Below are positions 30,225 to 41,700 of a stretch of DNA of 64,000 nucleotides, one piece after another (the first letter of the stretch is position 1; every line of letters begins with the position of its first letter). The position numbers were made by a program, and so were the translations under genes. Below the pieces are notes generated by a model, which saw nothing but the letters and a program-made list of their open reading frames with translations, was not told the origin of the DNA and made no database searches. This DNA is from an uncultured Verrucomicrobiae bacterium (GTDB lineage: Bacteria; Verrucomicrobiota; Verrucomicrobiia; Limisphaerales; JAFGQR01): the NCBI GenBank assembly GCA_963788655.1, contig CAWBHS010000011.1, positions 62,120-126,119 of the forward strand, in the 5' to 3' direction.

Positions 30225-32693
30225 TCAAAAAACCTGCTCGTGGCTGACGGTACGCAGAGTGTCTCCCACCTTGATTTTCGCGTCGCCAAAGCCATGGAAC
30301 ACCCGCACGCGCCCCGACTGATTCAGCGGTTTGCCATCCAGGCTTCGTAGCGTAAACAGAGCGGGCGACTTGTAATTCACGCCGTTCCACTGAGTGGCAT
30401 GGAAGGCCACAAACGTCGGCCCTTCAACCAAAAAACCGAACCGGGGCAGCGCCACTTCACCCCCCATCTTTGAGGTGTGGAATTGCTCGCGAATCCCGGT
30501 GTTGATGATCACTTCGACCCGATCAGTTCCCTGTCCAAACACGGTGCGCTGCACGTTGCGATCCGCCGTGAGAAACACGTGTTCGGTCATGGGCATCTGC
30601 GCTGTCAATTCATTCAGCGGTGAAAGGATCTCGTAGGTGTTCTTCACAAAACGATCCAGCGGATGCAGGCCTTCGGTCCAGCCATTGTCGCCGCGGGTGA
30701 ACAGTCCGGTATCCGAGTTTTGCTGGTCGGCGGGCTTCCGGGTTTGTTGCCAATAGAGGTGCGGCGGGATGCTGTGGTAATTGAGCGGCCGGCCAATGCT
30801 GAGGTGATGGAGCACATACTCGGTGGATTTCGTGATGTCGTAACCGTACTTGCCATACAGGGCGATGCTGTCGCGATAAACCAGTTCGAACAGGGGCACC
30901 ACCACGCCCCCCACGCTGGCCAACAGCGTTTTGTTGTGGTAGTAGCTGCCGCTGACCCCAGTCAGGCCCTCAAAGAAATCGCTGTGCGGAATGGCCCATT
31001 CGCGACCACACTCGCTGCCGAAGATGCCGAAAACATCACGCGCGTAATCGGAGAGGATCTGCTTCCAGTGCAGGTCATCGACGCGAGTCAGCGGATGTTC
31101 CTTGCTGAAACACTCGAACAACCCGGCTGCATACGTGGTGTCGATGAAATAGGCGTTAGCGTTGCAAAGCGTTTTGACCGCCGGCAGATTCTGCGGGCGG
31201 CGGGCCAGTTCGACCGCCTTTTGTGAGCAGGTAATGTAGGCGCGCCCGCCGGCCCAATGGCCGCCCGTTGTCAGCGTGCCGTCGGGATTGCGGTTGAGGA
31301 ACGATTCATCCCAGGACGGCGCATCGCGGTACATGTCCTGGTAATTGTCGTGCAGGCAAAAGAGGTAACCCAATCCCATGACCTGCCGGGCACAATCGGC
31401 AAAGGCCTGGTCGCCGCCGCACTCGGGCGCAGTAGGTAGAATGTCCGGGTGTTGATTGTCGTAGCCGCGGTGAATCCAGCCGCCCATGGTGAAGAGCACT
31501 TTGTCGAGTTTGAGATCGTGCTTGAGATGCTCGGCGATTTGCGCCGCTTCGGCGAACGTCCAGTTGACGCGCTTGCTGATTTCCTGCTGGCTGTCTTCGC
31601 TCATCCGGCGGCTGAGCAGGCTCCACAACTTGTAATTGATGGCGCCGAACAGTTTCGCGCGCGCGGGATTGGTTTTGAGCTTCTCCGACCAGGGCACATA
31701 CCATCCCCGGGCTTTGGCCACGGATTGATAGGCTTTGGCAATGGTCACATAATCGCCCTGGCCAAGGAACTGGAGACGAAATGAGTGGGCCGATTTGCGC
31801 AACACCAGCGACGTCGAAACTGCCTGCCGGCCCTTCAACCATGGAGCGGAAGTGACCATGCTTTTGATTTCAGCGGCGACATACGGATCGTTCCACGTGA
31901 CGAGGGCGGCAGCGCCGTTTTGAACGAGGCCGAGCATTTCCATGTGGCAACCTTCGTAGGCGTACGTGTCAAAACTGCGAGTGAAGCTGAGCCCGCTGTC
32001 GGCGGGAATCAACAGACCCAATCGCACCGGAACCACGACGTAACCTTTGGTATCATCGGTGACCCACACCGCATCATCCAGCAAACGAAGTTTCTCCACT
32101 GCCAGCGAGGGATCAGCGTCGTAGGTAAACTCCAAGGTCCGCTGATCTTCCAGCACTTGAATGCGGACCCGCAAACTCGCCGCCGGTTGGCTGGGCAAGG
32201 GTCGGAATGTGGCTTCCAGTTGGCCGGCAGTTTCCTTGATCTCGCACTTGGCCAGGGCGAGTGTCTTCGGCTGGCCGTTGAGTCTGACTGTCACGGCTCC
32301 GAACTGCGCTTGATAGGGATTGGAGCGCCAAGTCACATTCGCCTGTTTGTCCTGAATTTCGTAGCGACCGGTTTCGGGGGAGAGCGTCAACCGGAAGGAC
32401 GGAGTTTCCAAAATAGCCGCGAGCAGGCAGCCGGGCGAAAGCAGAACGAACAATCCCAGCAGCAAGAGCAGCAGCGCGCCGGAGCCGCCCACGAAGCGGC
32501 TGCGTTGATGCGGTTTACCCTCCTGGGCAAACCCTGGCCAATTGGTGGGGTGCGACTGTTTGCCCGCCGAAGCCAGCATCTCGATGAAATTGGCTCGCGG
32601 TTTTTTCGGGTTGGTTTCGCCGGGCTTTGCGTGAGAAACCTCGTGTTTCTCCAGAGTGCGGCGCTTATCCGTCCATTTTCGTGCAGAACTCAC
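30225..32693 (-). CDS. Putative secreted glycoside hydrolase (DUF5696/GH129-like TIM barrel)
   Basis: GGWIHRGYDNQHPDILP, LHDNYQDMYRDA, YFIDTT, FGSECG and VPLFELVY. A hydrophobic signal-like stretch after residue ~70 suggests a later start. Confidence 0.65.
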   Translation of the reverse strand: MSSARKWTDKRRTLEKHEVSHAKPGETNPKKPRANFIEMLASAGKQSHPTNWPGFAQEGKPHQRSRFVGGSGALLLLLLGLFVLLSPGCLLAAILETPSFRLTLSPETGRYEIQDKQANVTWRSNPYQAQFGAVTVRLNGQPKTLALAKCEIKETAGQLEATFRPLPSQPAASLRVRIQVLEDQRTLEFTYDADPSLAVEKLRLLDDAVWVTDDTKGYVVVPVRLGLLIPADSGLSFTRSFDTYAYEGCHMEMLGLVQNGAAALVTWNDPYVAAEIKSMVTSAPWLKGRQAVSTSLVLRKSAHSFRLQFLGQGDYVTIAKAYQSVAKARGWYVPWSEKLKTNPARAKLFGAINYKLWSLLSRRMSEDSQQEISKRVNWTFAEAAQIAEHLKHDLKLDKVLFTMGGWIHRGYDNQHPDILPTAPECGGDQAFADCARQVMGLGYLFCLHDNYQDMYRDAPSWDESFLNRNPDGTLTTGGHWAGGRAYITCSQKAVELARRPQNLPAVKTLCNANAYFIDTTYAAGLFECFSKEHPLTRVDDLHWKQILSDYARDVFGIFGSECGREWAIPHSDFFEGLTGVSGSYYHNKTLLASVGGVVVPLFELVYRDSIALYGKYGYDITKSTEYVLHHLSIGRPLNYHSIPPHLYWQQTRKPADQQNSDTGLFTRGDNGWTEGLHPLDRFVKNTYEILSPLNELTAQMPMTEHVFLTADRNVQRTVFGQGTDRVEVIINTGIREQFHTSKMGGEVALPRFGFLVEGPTFVAFHATQWNGVNYKSPALFTLRSLDGKPLNQSGRVRVFHGFGDAKIKVGDTLRTVSHEQVF

Positions 32694-32746
32694 GCGCGGA
32701 AGATTAGCACCCGCCCCGGGCCGGTCAATACCGCCGGTTCAGACAT

Positions 32747-32833
32747 TCTTGCGCTTGCTCTTGCGCTTGCTCTTGCGCTTGCTCCAGCTCTTGCTCCCCC
32801 ACTGTTTTGGCCAATCGGGGAGCAAGCGCAAGA
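32747..32833. repeat. 12-bp tandem repeat with inverted copy
   Basis: TCTTGCGCTTGC x3 (32747-32782), a degenerate unit, then the reverse complement GGGGAGCAAGCGCAAGA at 32817-32833. Confidence 0.8.
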
Positions 32834-32901
32834 AGATCGTCGAGGAATAGCGAGCTTGTTTACGTAAGCTGCTACCATCTTGTGACCGGCATCAAGCCAG
32901 A

Positions 32902-34392
32902 TCACCGGCGGCGGTATTGCAGGACGGCGGCCATTCCCACGTTGCCGCACTTGTCCACGGCTCGGAGCGCGATGAGGTCCGGCGGGGCTTGGCCCGCAAT
33001 CTCCCGGGAGAATTCGCGCCCCGTCAGAATCGAGGTGGTCCAGGCCCGGTCGGTTTTGCTCTGCAACAACCACAGCCAGGCGGGTTCCGTGCCGGTAGAT
33101 TGCCATGACAGCTTCACCCGTCCTGGCGTCTCGCTGGTCACGGCAAGTTGGGGGCGGCTCGGCGGTTGGTGATCCAACCAGGGGAACGCGGGAACCAGGG
33201 CTGGCTGGGTGTATATTTCTTTCTCCAAGCGGGTGGCAAAACCATTGCGATTTTCCATGAGCACTTTGGCGCTCCACAGAAGGTTGCCGTCGGCGCCGCT
33301 TTGTTTGCGGGTCAGCCGAATTTGGCTGGCCAATTCATACGGGCTGTGGCGGTAGGTGGAGATGCCCGGCCACAACTCGCGATGCTTGACGTTTTGCCCC
33401 GCCCACCATTGCAACAAGACCGGAAAACTTTGTGCCTGCGCGCCGATGGCCCAATAAAGTTGCGGCGCAAAATAGTCCAGCCAGCCTTGCTGTAACCATT
33501 CTCGGGCGTCGGCATACAGCAACGCGTAGGCGTCAAAGCCTTTGATCTGTGCCGGGACGCCGGGTCGCCAGATGCCGAACGGGCTGATGCCCACCTTGAC
33601 GGCGGGTTTCGCCGCCTTGACGGCTTGGTAGAGTTTCTGGATGAAGTTGTTTACGTTTTGCCGGCGCCAGGAATCGCGCTGCAACCGGCCGCCGCTGTCC
33701 AAGTAACGCTTCCTACTTGAGTAATCCGGGAACGCCAGCAAACCGCCCTTGGCATCGCGTTCCGGGTACGGGTAGAAATAGTCGTCCAGGTGAATGCCGT
33801 CGATATTGTAGCGTTTGACGACATCGAGAATGACCGCCTGGGAATGGCGTTGCACGTCCACTTCTCCCGGATCCAACCATTGCTCGCTGCCGTATTTCTT
33901 GACGAGGTACGGTTTGGTTCGGCTGATGTGGTTGGCGGCCACCGGGGATTTTGCGAGGGAATGCCGCGCGCGAAACGGATTGAACCACGCGTGCAGTTCC
34001 AAGCCGCGCTGGTGTGCTTCCTCGATGGCGAACGCCAGCGGATCGTAGAACGGCTTCGGCGCCTGCCCCATGCGGCCGGTGAGATATTCCGACCACGGCT
34101 CCAGCTTGGACGCATACAGCGCGTCGCACGCCGGGCGCACCTGGAGAATGATCGCGTTCAGTTTCAGTTGCACGGACCGGTCCAGGATTGCCCGGAGTTC
34201 CGCCTGTTGCTGGGCCGTGCTGAGTCCGGGTTTCGACGGCCAGTCGATGTTGTTGACCGTGGCGACCCACACGCCGCGAAATTCCCGAAGCGGCGCCGGC
34301 GGTATGGCCGTCGAGGTCACATAAGCCGCCCACAAGTTTCCGCTTGGCAATGCCGCCAACACGACCGCAGCAATGAAAGCAATTTGCTTCAT
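32902..34392 (-). CDS. Family 10-like glycosyl hydrolase (GHL10/DUF187, YddW-like)
   Basis: Motifs REFRGVWVATVNNIDWPS, QVRPACDALY, HAWFNPFR, DGIHLDDYFYPY, GISPFGIW and DYFAPQLYW. Confidence 0.9.
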   Translation of the reverse strand: MKQIAFIAAVVLAALPSGNLWAAYVTSTAIPPAPLREFRGVWVATVNNIDWPSKPGLSTAQQQAELRAILDRSVQLKLNAIILQVRPACDALYASKLEPWSEYLTGRMGQAPKPFYDPLAFAIEEAHQRGLELHAWFNPFRARHSLAKSPVAANHISRTKPYLVKKYGSEQWLDPGEVDVQRHSQAVILDVVKRYNIDGIHLDDYFYPYPERDAKGGLLAFPDYSSRKRYLDSGGRLQRDSWRRQNVNNFIQKLYQAVKAAKPAVKVGISPFGIWRPGVPAQIKGFDAYALLYADAREWLQQGWLDYFAPQLYWAIGAQAQSFPVLLQWWAGQNVKHRELWPGISTYRHSPYELASQIRLTRKQSGADGNLLWSAKVLMENRNGFATRLEKEIYTQPALVPAFPWLDHQPPSRPQLAVTSETPGRVKLSWQSTGTEPAWLWLLQSKTDRAWTTSILTGREFSREIAGQAPPDLIALRAVDKCGNVGMAAVLQYRRR

Positions 34393-34504
34393 GCAAGGCA
34401 GTTGACGGGAAGGAGGGGGCTGAATTCAAGCCTTGTCTTGGATCAATTCACCGGCAAGCAGGTGCAGTTGGCTCTCTCGCTGTAAACACCCGCGACCGCT
34501 GGTT

Positions 34505-34700
34505 AGCCGTATCCATTCAGTAGCTGGAGCAGCGATGATGCGATTCGGCGTGGTAGGACAGGCGTCTCGCCTGTCTCGAATAGCCAAGCACATCCTCACC
34601 TATAGGCGACTTGGAGGGACTTCCTACGACGCGGTGCCAATCGATGGTTTGCAGTTGTTCGAGACAGGCGGGACGCCTGTCCTACCGAATTGTCACGGTT
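34505..34700. mobile_element. MITE-like element, copy 2, containing a family A REP doublet
   Basis: Ends AGCCGTATCCATTCAGTAG / CTACCGAATTGTCACGGTT; the interior is colinear with 7519-7712. Confidence 0.7.
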
Positions 34701-35694
34701 TAGGGAAAGTTCAGTTTGAGCACGAAGGCCTCCCACGTTTTTTGGAAGGTGGCGAGGTCGTCGCTACCCAGAATCTTCTTGAGTGATTGGATGCCGTGCG
34801 GATCGTTTTTGGCCTGGGCAGTGAATTCACGATAGTATTTCACCAGGAGGTTGCGTTCCTGGAGATAATAGCAGAGATACCGGGCTTGCGCGTAGTGCTC
34901 ATTGTATTTGGCACCCACCGTTCGACCGTAAAACTCATGGTCACTCATGGACATCATCGTGGGGAATGACGGTAATGCGCCCGCCCGAATGGCGGCTTGA
35001 AGTCCGGCGAGCCGCCAGTTGGTATAACCCACGATGTGTCCGTTGCGTTCGCCGCTTTGCTCGAATAGCGAGCCCATGCCTTCGTTGAACCAGGCGGGGC
35101 ATTCCGGAAAGTTGGCCCGCATGAACGGATGCACAATTTCGTGGACCAGCGTGCCGCCGCCGGTGCTGATGTTCATGATCAACGCCCGATGGGCAGGGGA
35201 GTAATAACCGAAGGGCGTTGTCGGCGTCTCGCCAAACAAGCGTCGGCAATACTTTTCGTAACTGGCCTTGTCCTTGAAGAGCCAGATGTCAATGATCTCG
35301 CCCAGATCGCGCCGAAAGAAATCCTGTTGCAACAAGTCCACCGCCCATTTCACCGTGCCGCGGGCCCATTGGCGAACAGTAGTTCCTGGTTCGTCGCCAA
35401 TAACTACAAAGGGAGGCTGGACGATGACGGTAAAACCCGAGGGGACGCGTTTTTGAAGTTCCTGGACATGGTTGCTGAATTGAAGCGGCGTCGAAGTTGT
35501 GGTGGACACCGAGCGATCGCGCCGTTCGGCACCTGGGAGCAATACGCCGGCAAAAGCACCACCAAAAAAACGATTCGGGTAACAGACGCCAAGGAGGTGG
35601 GGGTTGGGGAAGCCCCGCTGAAGAAACGTTCTGCTACCCGAATCAAACTCTTCAATAATGATGTTCTTATACCATGGCTGATCCAGCGTCGCAC
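34700..35694 (-). CDS. Putative exported gluzincin-like metallopeptidase-domain protein, probable frameshift near 35510
   Basis: GTLVHEIVH followed by [10 protein letters not shown] signal-like N-terminus ([13 protein letters not shown]) lies in the alternative frame 35404..35694. Confidence 0.6.
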
Positions 35695-35720
35695 CTAGGA
35701 AATTCCTTGGCTCGGCCGGG

Positions 35721-36827
35721 TTACACTGCTGCGGCCACCAAGTCGCCGACTTCCGAAGTGCTGTGGCCCATTTTGCCGGCACCCAGGCTTTTGATCTTAT
35801 CACGTACCGTCTTGATGACCGCATCTTCGATGGCCTTCGCTGCTTCCATTTCGCCGAGGAACTCGAGCATCATCTGGCCGGCGCAGATCGCGGCGAGCGG
35901 ATTGATCACGTTTTTGCCCGTGTATTTCGGAGCACTGCCGCCAATCGGTTCGAACATGCTGGTGCCTTCGGGATTGATGTTGCCGCCCGCGGCGATGCCC
36001 ATGCCGCCCTGCAGCATGGCGCCGAGGTCGGTGATGATGTCGCCAAACATGTTGTCGGTGACAATCACGTCGAACCACTCCGGATTCTTGACGAACCACA
36101 TGGTCGTGGCATCCACGTGCGCGTAATCGCGTTTGATCTCCGGATAGTCTTTTTGCCCAATCTCATGGAAGGCGCGCTCCCAGAGGTCAAAGGCGTAGGT
36201 GAGCACATTGGTTTTGCCGGACAAGGTGAGTTGGGCCTTTTTGCCTTCGGCCACTGCCTCGGAACCGAGCCCTTTCCATGGTTGGCCACCGCGGCGTTTG
36301 CGCGCGTAGTCAAAGGCGTAACGCAGGCAACGCTCTACGCCCCGCCGGGTGTTCACGCTTTCCTGGATGGCCACTTCGTTCGCGGTGCCTTTGAACACGA
36401 AACCGCCGGCGCCGGTGTAAAGGCCTTCGTTGTTTTCGCGCACGACCACAAAATCAATATCTGCGGGCTTCTTGTCCTTCAACGGGCAGAAACGGTCATC
36501 GAACAGCTTGACCGGGCGCAGGTTGATGTATTGCTCCATTTCGAAGCGCAGGCGCAGTAAGATGCCCTTTTCCAGGATGCCGGGTTTGACGTTCGGATGC
36601 CCGATGGCTCCCAGCAAGATGGCCGGGAATTTGCGGAGTTCATCCGCTGCGCTGTCCGGCAACACTTCGTTGGTGCGGAGGTAGCGGTCGCCGCCGAAAT
36701 CGTAGTCGGTGTAGTCCAGTTTGAACTTGAATTTCCCGGCGGCCGCATCGAGGACTTTGACCGCTTCCCGGGTCACTTCCGGCCCGGTGCCGTCGCCGCC
36801 AATTACTGCAATATTGTAACTTTTCAT
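35721..36827 (-). CDS. leuB: 3-isopropylmalate dehydrogenase
   Basis: Motifs [44 protein letters not shown] and [10 protein letters not shown]. Confidence 0.9.
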   Translation of the reverse strand: MKSYNIAVIGGDGTGPEVTREAVKVLDAAAGKFKFKLDYTDYDFGGDRYLRTNEVLPDSAADELRKFPAILLGAIGHPNVKPGILEKGILLRLRFEMEQYINLRPVKLFDDRFCPLKDKKPADIDFVVVRENNEGLYTGAGGFVFKGTANEVAIQESVNTRRGVERCLRYAFDYARKRRGGQPWKGLGSEAVAEGKKAQLTLSGKTNVLTYAFDLWERAFHEIGQKDYPEIKRDYAHVDATTMWFVKNPEWFDVIVTDNMFGDIITDLGAMLQGGMGIAAGGNINPEGTSMFEPIGGSAPKYTGKNVINPLAAICAGQMMLEFLGEMEAAKAIEDAVIKTVRDKIKSLGAGKMGHSTSEVGDLVAAAV

Positions 36828-36898
36828 TTGTAAAATAGTTGAATTCCGCCCGGCGGGCGGGAGTGCGGATGCTACGGGTTTCCCCCGCGCTGGCAAAG

Positions 36899-38380
36899 CT
36901 ATTTTGCAGGAATTTTTGGGTGGCAGCGCCGGGACTTTACGGGCGGAGCCAGCAACACGTTGTTTTCCGCGTCGCGCCATTCCGTTTGGCCGCCGGAATT
37001 GGTCTTCGTGGCCAGTTCCTGCAAATAGAACAACGTGGGTTCGGCGAGGTGCTGATTGTTCAGAAACGGCTCGGTGTATTGGATGTCGCCATATTTTTGT
37101 TGGTCGATGTGGTGCTTTTGGCTGACGTGATCATTCCAGTCCACGCCCTCGGTCAAGAAGCCATAAGGACCATGGTGATGTTTGGCAATCGCCCGCAGAA
37201 TGGTCAGACCAGCCAATTCAAATTCCCGACTGCGCTCGCGGTCGTGCGCCCGCGTATCGGCAGCGGCTTCGAAGTAGGCGAGCGCGGCTTCTGCATTCTC
37301 CCACAGGTAGGCAGTGTCCCAGGATTTTTCCATGTAGAGCAGCCCTTGGGTGGCCACATCATGGCGGTCTTCATGCATCCGGAACTGCTCCAATCCCGCC
37401 AGGCATTTATCGAAGGCGAACTGGCGGATGGCTGAATCATCGAGCACTCGTGAAACCAGCAGCAACGTCCGGAACGCCACCGAATAGGCCACGTTCTCGT
37501 GCGGATCGTAGGTGTCGTGATTAATGCTGCCAAAGATGCCACCGGCCCGCATGAACACGTCCGTCTTCACTCGCAACTCATCGCGGTAGTCCGCCAATTT
37601 TCGTTGGGTCAACGCCGCTTCGAGTTGGAGGATGAACAGCCCGTCGGCCGAGTTTTGCCAGAACTTGTCGTTCCCGCCGTCGGGTGATTTGCGATAAACC
37701 TTGCCGTCCGGCAGGGTGCGGCGGGGATACCAGCAATTGGGAACAGCTTCGACGTGGCGATGAATCCAATCAGCGCAGCGCACGGCCTGGGTGCGAAGCC
37801 GCTCGGCGCGGGGATCATTGCCGAGATCGTCGGCAAAAATCAGCAGTTGAAACGCGACCTTGGCCATTGACCCAGGACAGAACCAGTCCGAGTTGTGCTT
37901 GTAGTTCAAACAGAATTTGCCGGTGGTCGTTTCCCGATAGCCGCGAATGAAGCCGGTTTGCGGGTCCAGAAATCCAGCTTCGAGCACGTGATCCAGGATG
38001 GCCAGCGCGTTGGATTGCCAGGCAGGCTTTCCCAGAAATGTCCCCCAGCGGTAAATCTCCCAGGCACCGCCAACGGCATTGGCGGCCCAACCGGGACCTT
38101 CCAGATTGCCGAAATCGTGCCAGCCCATGACCTCGCCTTGCGGATTTACGAAACTGGAAATGGAAACCAAATGGCCTTGAGCGTCCGGCCGGAGGGTCTT
38201 GGTCAGCGTGAATCGGAGCGAATCCTTCACCGAATCGACGATGGTATAGTTCGGATTCTCAGGGACATAGAACGCCGGTTTGGAAGCAACCGGGTTGCTC
38301 TGGCTTAAACCAACCGTGGGAACGCCATAGGGCCAGAGCCAATCCAGCGTGGACAAGAATGCAATGCAGGTAAATGGCAT
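36899..38380 (-). CDS. Hypothetical protein, possibly an (alpha/alpha)6-barrel glycosidase-like fold
   Basis: Uninterrupted 493-aa ORF rich in W/Y/E/D helical segments; I recognised no diagnostic motif. Confidence 0.55.
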   Translation of the reverse strand: MPFTCIAFLSTLDWLWPYGVPTVGLSQSNPVASKPAFYVPENPNYTIVDSVKDSLRFTLTKTLRPDAQGHLVSISSFVNPQGEVMGWHDFGNLEGPGWAANAVGGAWEIYRWGTFLGKPAWQSNALAILDHVLEAGFLDPQTGFIRGYRETTTGKFCLNYKHNSDWFCPGSMAKVAFQLLIFADDLGNDPRAERLRTQAVRCADWIHRHVEAVPNCWYPRRTLPDGKVYRKSPDGGNDKFWQNSADGLFILQLEAALTQRKLADYRDELRVKTDVFMRAGGIFGSINHDTYDPHENVAYSVAFRTLLLVSRVLDDSAIRQFAFDKCLAGLEQFRMHEDRHDVATQGLLYMEKSWDTAYLWENAEAALAYFEAAADTRAHDRERSREFELAGLTILRAIAKHHHGPYGFLTEGVDWNDHVSQKHHIDQQKYGDIQYTEPFLNNQHLAEPTLFYLQELATKTNSGGQTEWRDAENNVLLAPPVKSRRCHPKIPAK

Positions 38381-38771
38381 GCGGTTTCATGGGAGGGATG
38401 TTTACCAAATCCGCCGTCGCTTGGGAAGCGCGAGTCACGAACGACTTTTTACGCGGCATGCGGCAACCGAAAGCAAGGCAGTCGCCCCGCGCCTGTGCCT
38501 CGGCGAAGATGCATCGCCGAACAAATACCTGCCTTCAGGCGGCTGGGTCGAATTGCCGTCCGGACGCAGGATTCTCCACCGGAGTCTCGGACAGGTGCTT
38601 CCCCCATTCGCCCTCTTCATGCTTCTGCGATAAGACGTTAAGGAAAGCTTCCGAGCGTCCGATGTAATGCCTGTAGGGATTACCCGCATAGGCGCCTGGC
38701 AATCTGCTGCCAGGTCGCTGCGGGCTGAGTGTGCAATCCCGGTCCATAATTGGAAAAACGGAACTATCGCT

Positions 38772-41700
38772 ATGAAGCCTAACAACATCCACGCGCTGTT
38801 TCTGCCTCAACCTTTGCGTTCTCCATTCGGTCAATACGTCTTGCGACTTGGTTTGATTCTGCTGGCTTTGCTCGGATCAACCGCTGCTTCCATGCGCGCC
38901 GCTTCCTTACCGTTTTTTGACAATTTCGAAAACGGCCTGAGCCAGTGGACCACAAACGGCGGTTGGGGATTGACGGCGGCCCGCGCCAATTCGCCCACCC
39001 GCAGCGTCACGGACAGTCCCGGCAGCTTCTACGCCAATGACACCGACGCTACCTTGACGCTCGGCACTTCCCTGGATTTGAGTAGCGCGACGCAACCGGT
39101 GGTGAGTTTTCATCACCAGCATTTGCTCGAGCCCGATTACGACTTCGGCTACGTGGAAGTGTCCAGCGACGGCGGCAATTCCTGGAACGCCACCCCGCTG
39201 GCCGGCTACACCGGTTCCAGCACGGCGATGTCGCGGGAACAACTGGACTTGTCGGCTTGGGCGGGGCAGTCCGATGTGCGAATCCGGTTCCGGTTGGTAA
39301 CGGATTTTTCGGTGGTGATGGATGGTTGGTATGTGGACGACGTGCGCGTCGCCGAAGCGCCGGTAGCCGTCACGCTTGAGGCGCCGGTGGCCGTCACGCC
39401 CAATTCGGTGCAATTGTCCTGGAGCGAATCGGCCGAGGCCGGTTTCGCGGCTTATCGGATTTACCGTTCGCAGTCCCCTGCGCTGGACTGGCACACAGCC
39501 CAAGTCGTGGCGCAGATTTCTGAGCGATCCACGACTACGGCTACGGACATCACCGTTGGGCCCAAATCCAGGTATTACTACCGCGTGAATGGTGCTCAGC
39601 ACGGATGACCTGCACTCGCTGAGCAACGAAATTCAGGCCAACACTCCCGCCGGGATGGACTATCCGTTTCTGGACAACGGCGAGGGTGGTTCCATGAATT
39701 GGGCGGCTGACGCGCCGTGGGCGATTGAGCGATGAGGCCGCCGCATCGCCGACTCACGCGTGGTCGGATTCGCCCGAGGCCAATTACGTGAACGGCATTC
39801 CTTCGCAGTCGCTGACTCTCGCGGCGCCGCTGCGGTTGGCCGGACAGGCGGTGGCGCCGGTGTTGTCCTTCCGTCACCAATACGATTTTGCGTCCGGCGA
39901 TTCCGGTAACGTCGAATTGTCGGTGAACAACGGGGCAGATTGGACGTCGCTGGCCACCTTTACCGGGCAATCCGGTGATTGGCGGCGCGGACGCATCAGC
40001 CTGGCCCCTTACACTGATGCGACGGCGGTCCTGGTGCGGTTCCGGCTTACCACCGATGCCTCCGGGCAAGCGGACGGTTGGCATGTTGATGACATTTCCG
40101 TGGCGGAATCGCCCACGGTCGTGCCGGCGCCCACGCTGGACCAGGTCACGTCGCACACGATCCGTTTGAACTGGGCGGCAAGCACCGATGCCCTGTTTTC
40201 GCATTACGCGATTTTTCGGTCCACCGCGTCGGGCGTGGGCATCAATGCGACGCTGGTGACCACGATTTCAAATCAGACCCTCACGACGTTTACGGATACT
40301 GGCTTGGCGTTGGACACGGTGTATTACTATCGCGTCTATGCCGTGAACCCTTACGGCACGTTCTCGCCGGATAGCGCCCTGGAGAGCACCATCCGCACGC
40401 TGAACAATCCCTTGCCCTTCGGTGATGACTTCGAAGCGACGCTGGACGAGTGGAACTTGACTGGCACGTGGGGAATCACCACCAACGAGGCCCACAGCGG
40501 CCGCGCCAGTCTGGCTGATTCGCCGGGAACCACTTACGGGAATTCATCCGATTCCTCCGCGCAAACGGCGGTGAACCTGGCAGGCACGAGTTGGCCGGTG
40601 TTGAAGTTTTGGGATCGTTTCAACGTGGCGGCGAATGATTGGGGCCGGGTGGAAGTCTCCACCGACGGCAATGCGTGGACGTACGTCTATGGGATTGCCG
40701 GCGCCCGCGATGAATGGGCCGAGCAGAGCATTGATTTGTCGCCGTGGAAGAACCAAGCCAACCTGCGCATCCGGTTCCATTTGTGGACCGACAGCAACAC
40801 GACGGAGGACGGTTGGTCGATTGACGATGTTCAGGTGGTCGAACACCCACCGGTTTCCGTGACCTTGCCGTTCGCGGAAGGTTTTGAAGGCAACCTGAGC
40901 AATTGGCTGCACTCCAGTTGGTTCATCGATACCAACGAAGCGTACGCCGGGCAGGGCGCGGCCAAAGATGCCCCGGGCGTGCGGATGGGGCCGGACGTGC
41001 AACATTGGCTGGTGTTAGGCGGTGAATTGACGTTGACCAATGTGGTTAATCCACAATTGGTGTTCTTCGTCAAGGGGCACCTGCATTACAAATCGTATTT
41101 TCGGGTGCAATATTCGAAGGATGGCGGTTTGACCTGGCCGGAATTGAGCGCGGCCAATCTCAACTACGACTCCAGTTGGGACTGGCAACGGATGCAGGTG
41201 TCGCTGGACCAGTTCGTCGGCCAGACCGTTCGCTTGCGTTTTGCGGTCAGTGACAACAGCAGTGCGCCGGATGTGGAGGTGCAGTTGGACAAGATTATCC
41301 TGGAGGAAATGCCCGCAGCCGTGACCTTGGAAACAACCGTGCCACATTTGCGGTCGGTGGACTTGACCTGGACGCCATCAATTCTGGGGGATGCCTTCCA
41401 ACGGTATGAGGTATATCAGGCGACGCACGCGAATGTTACTGTGAGCGACACACTGATTGGAACCTTCACCGACCCGAATATCACGACGCTGACCGACAGC
41501 GGACTGAGCATTGGTGCGACGTATTATTACAAGGTCTTCACGTTCGACACCAACGATGTCGCCGCGCCGTCTAATGAACGGTCCACCACCACGGTGCCAG
41601 TCACGCTGCCGCTGGTTGATGGGATGGATAATGCCGATCAATGGGTAACCACGGGCAGTTGGGGCATCGCCACGAACGGAACCCACAGCGGCAGCGGCTG

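Noticed and set aside
38672..38689. Possible response-regulator site TGTAGGGATTACCCGCAT upstream of the giant protein
   Set aside because: It is a weak imperfect palindrome seen once and cannot be supported from this window.
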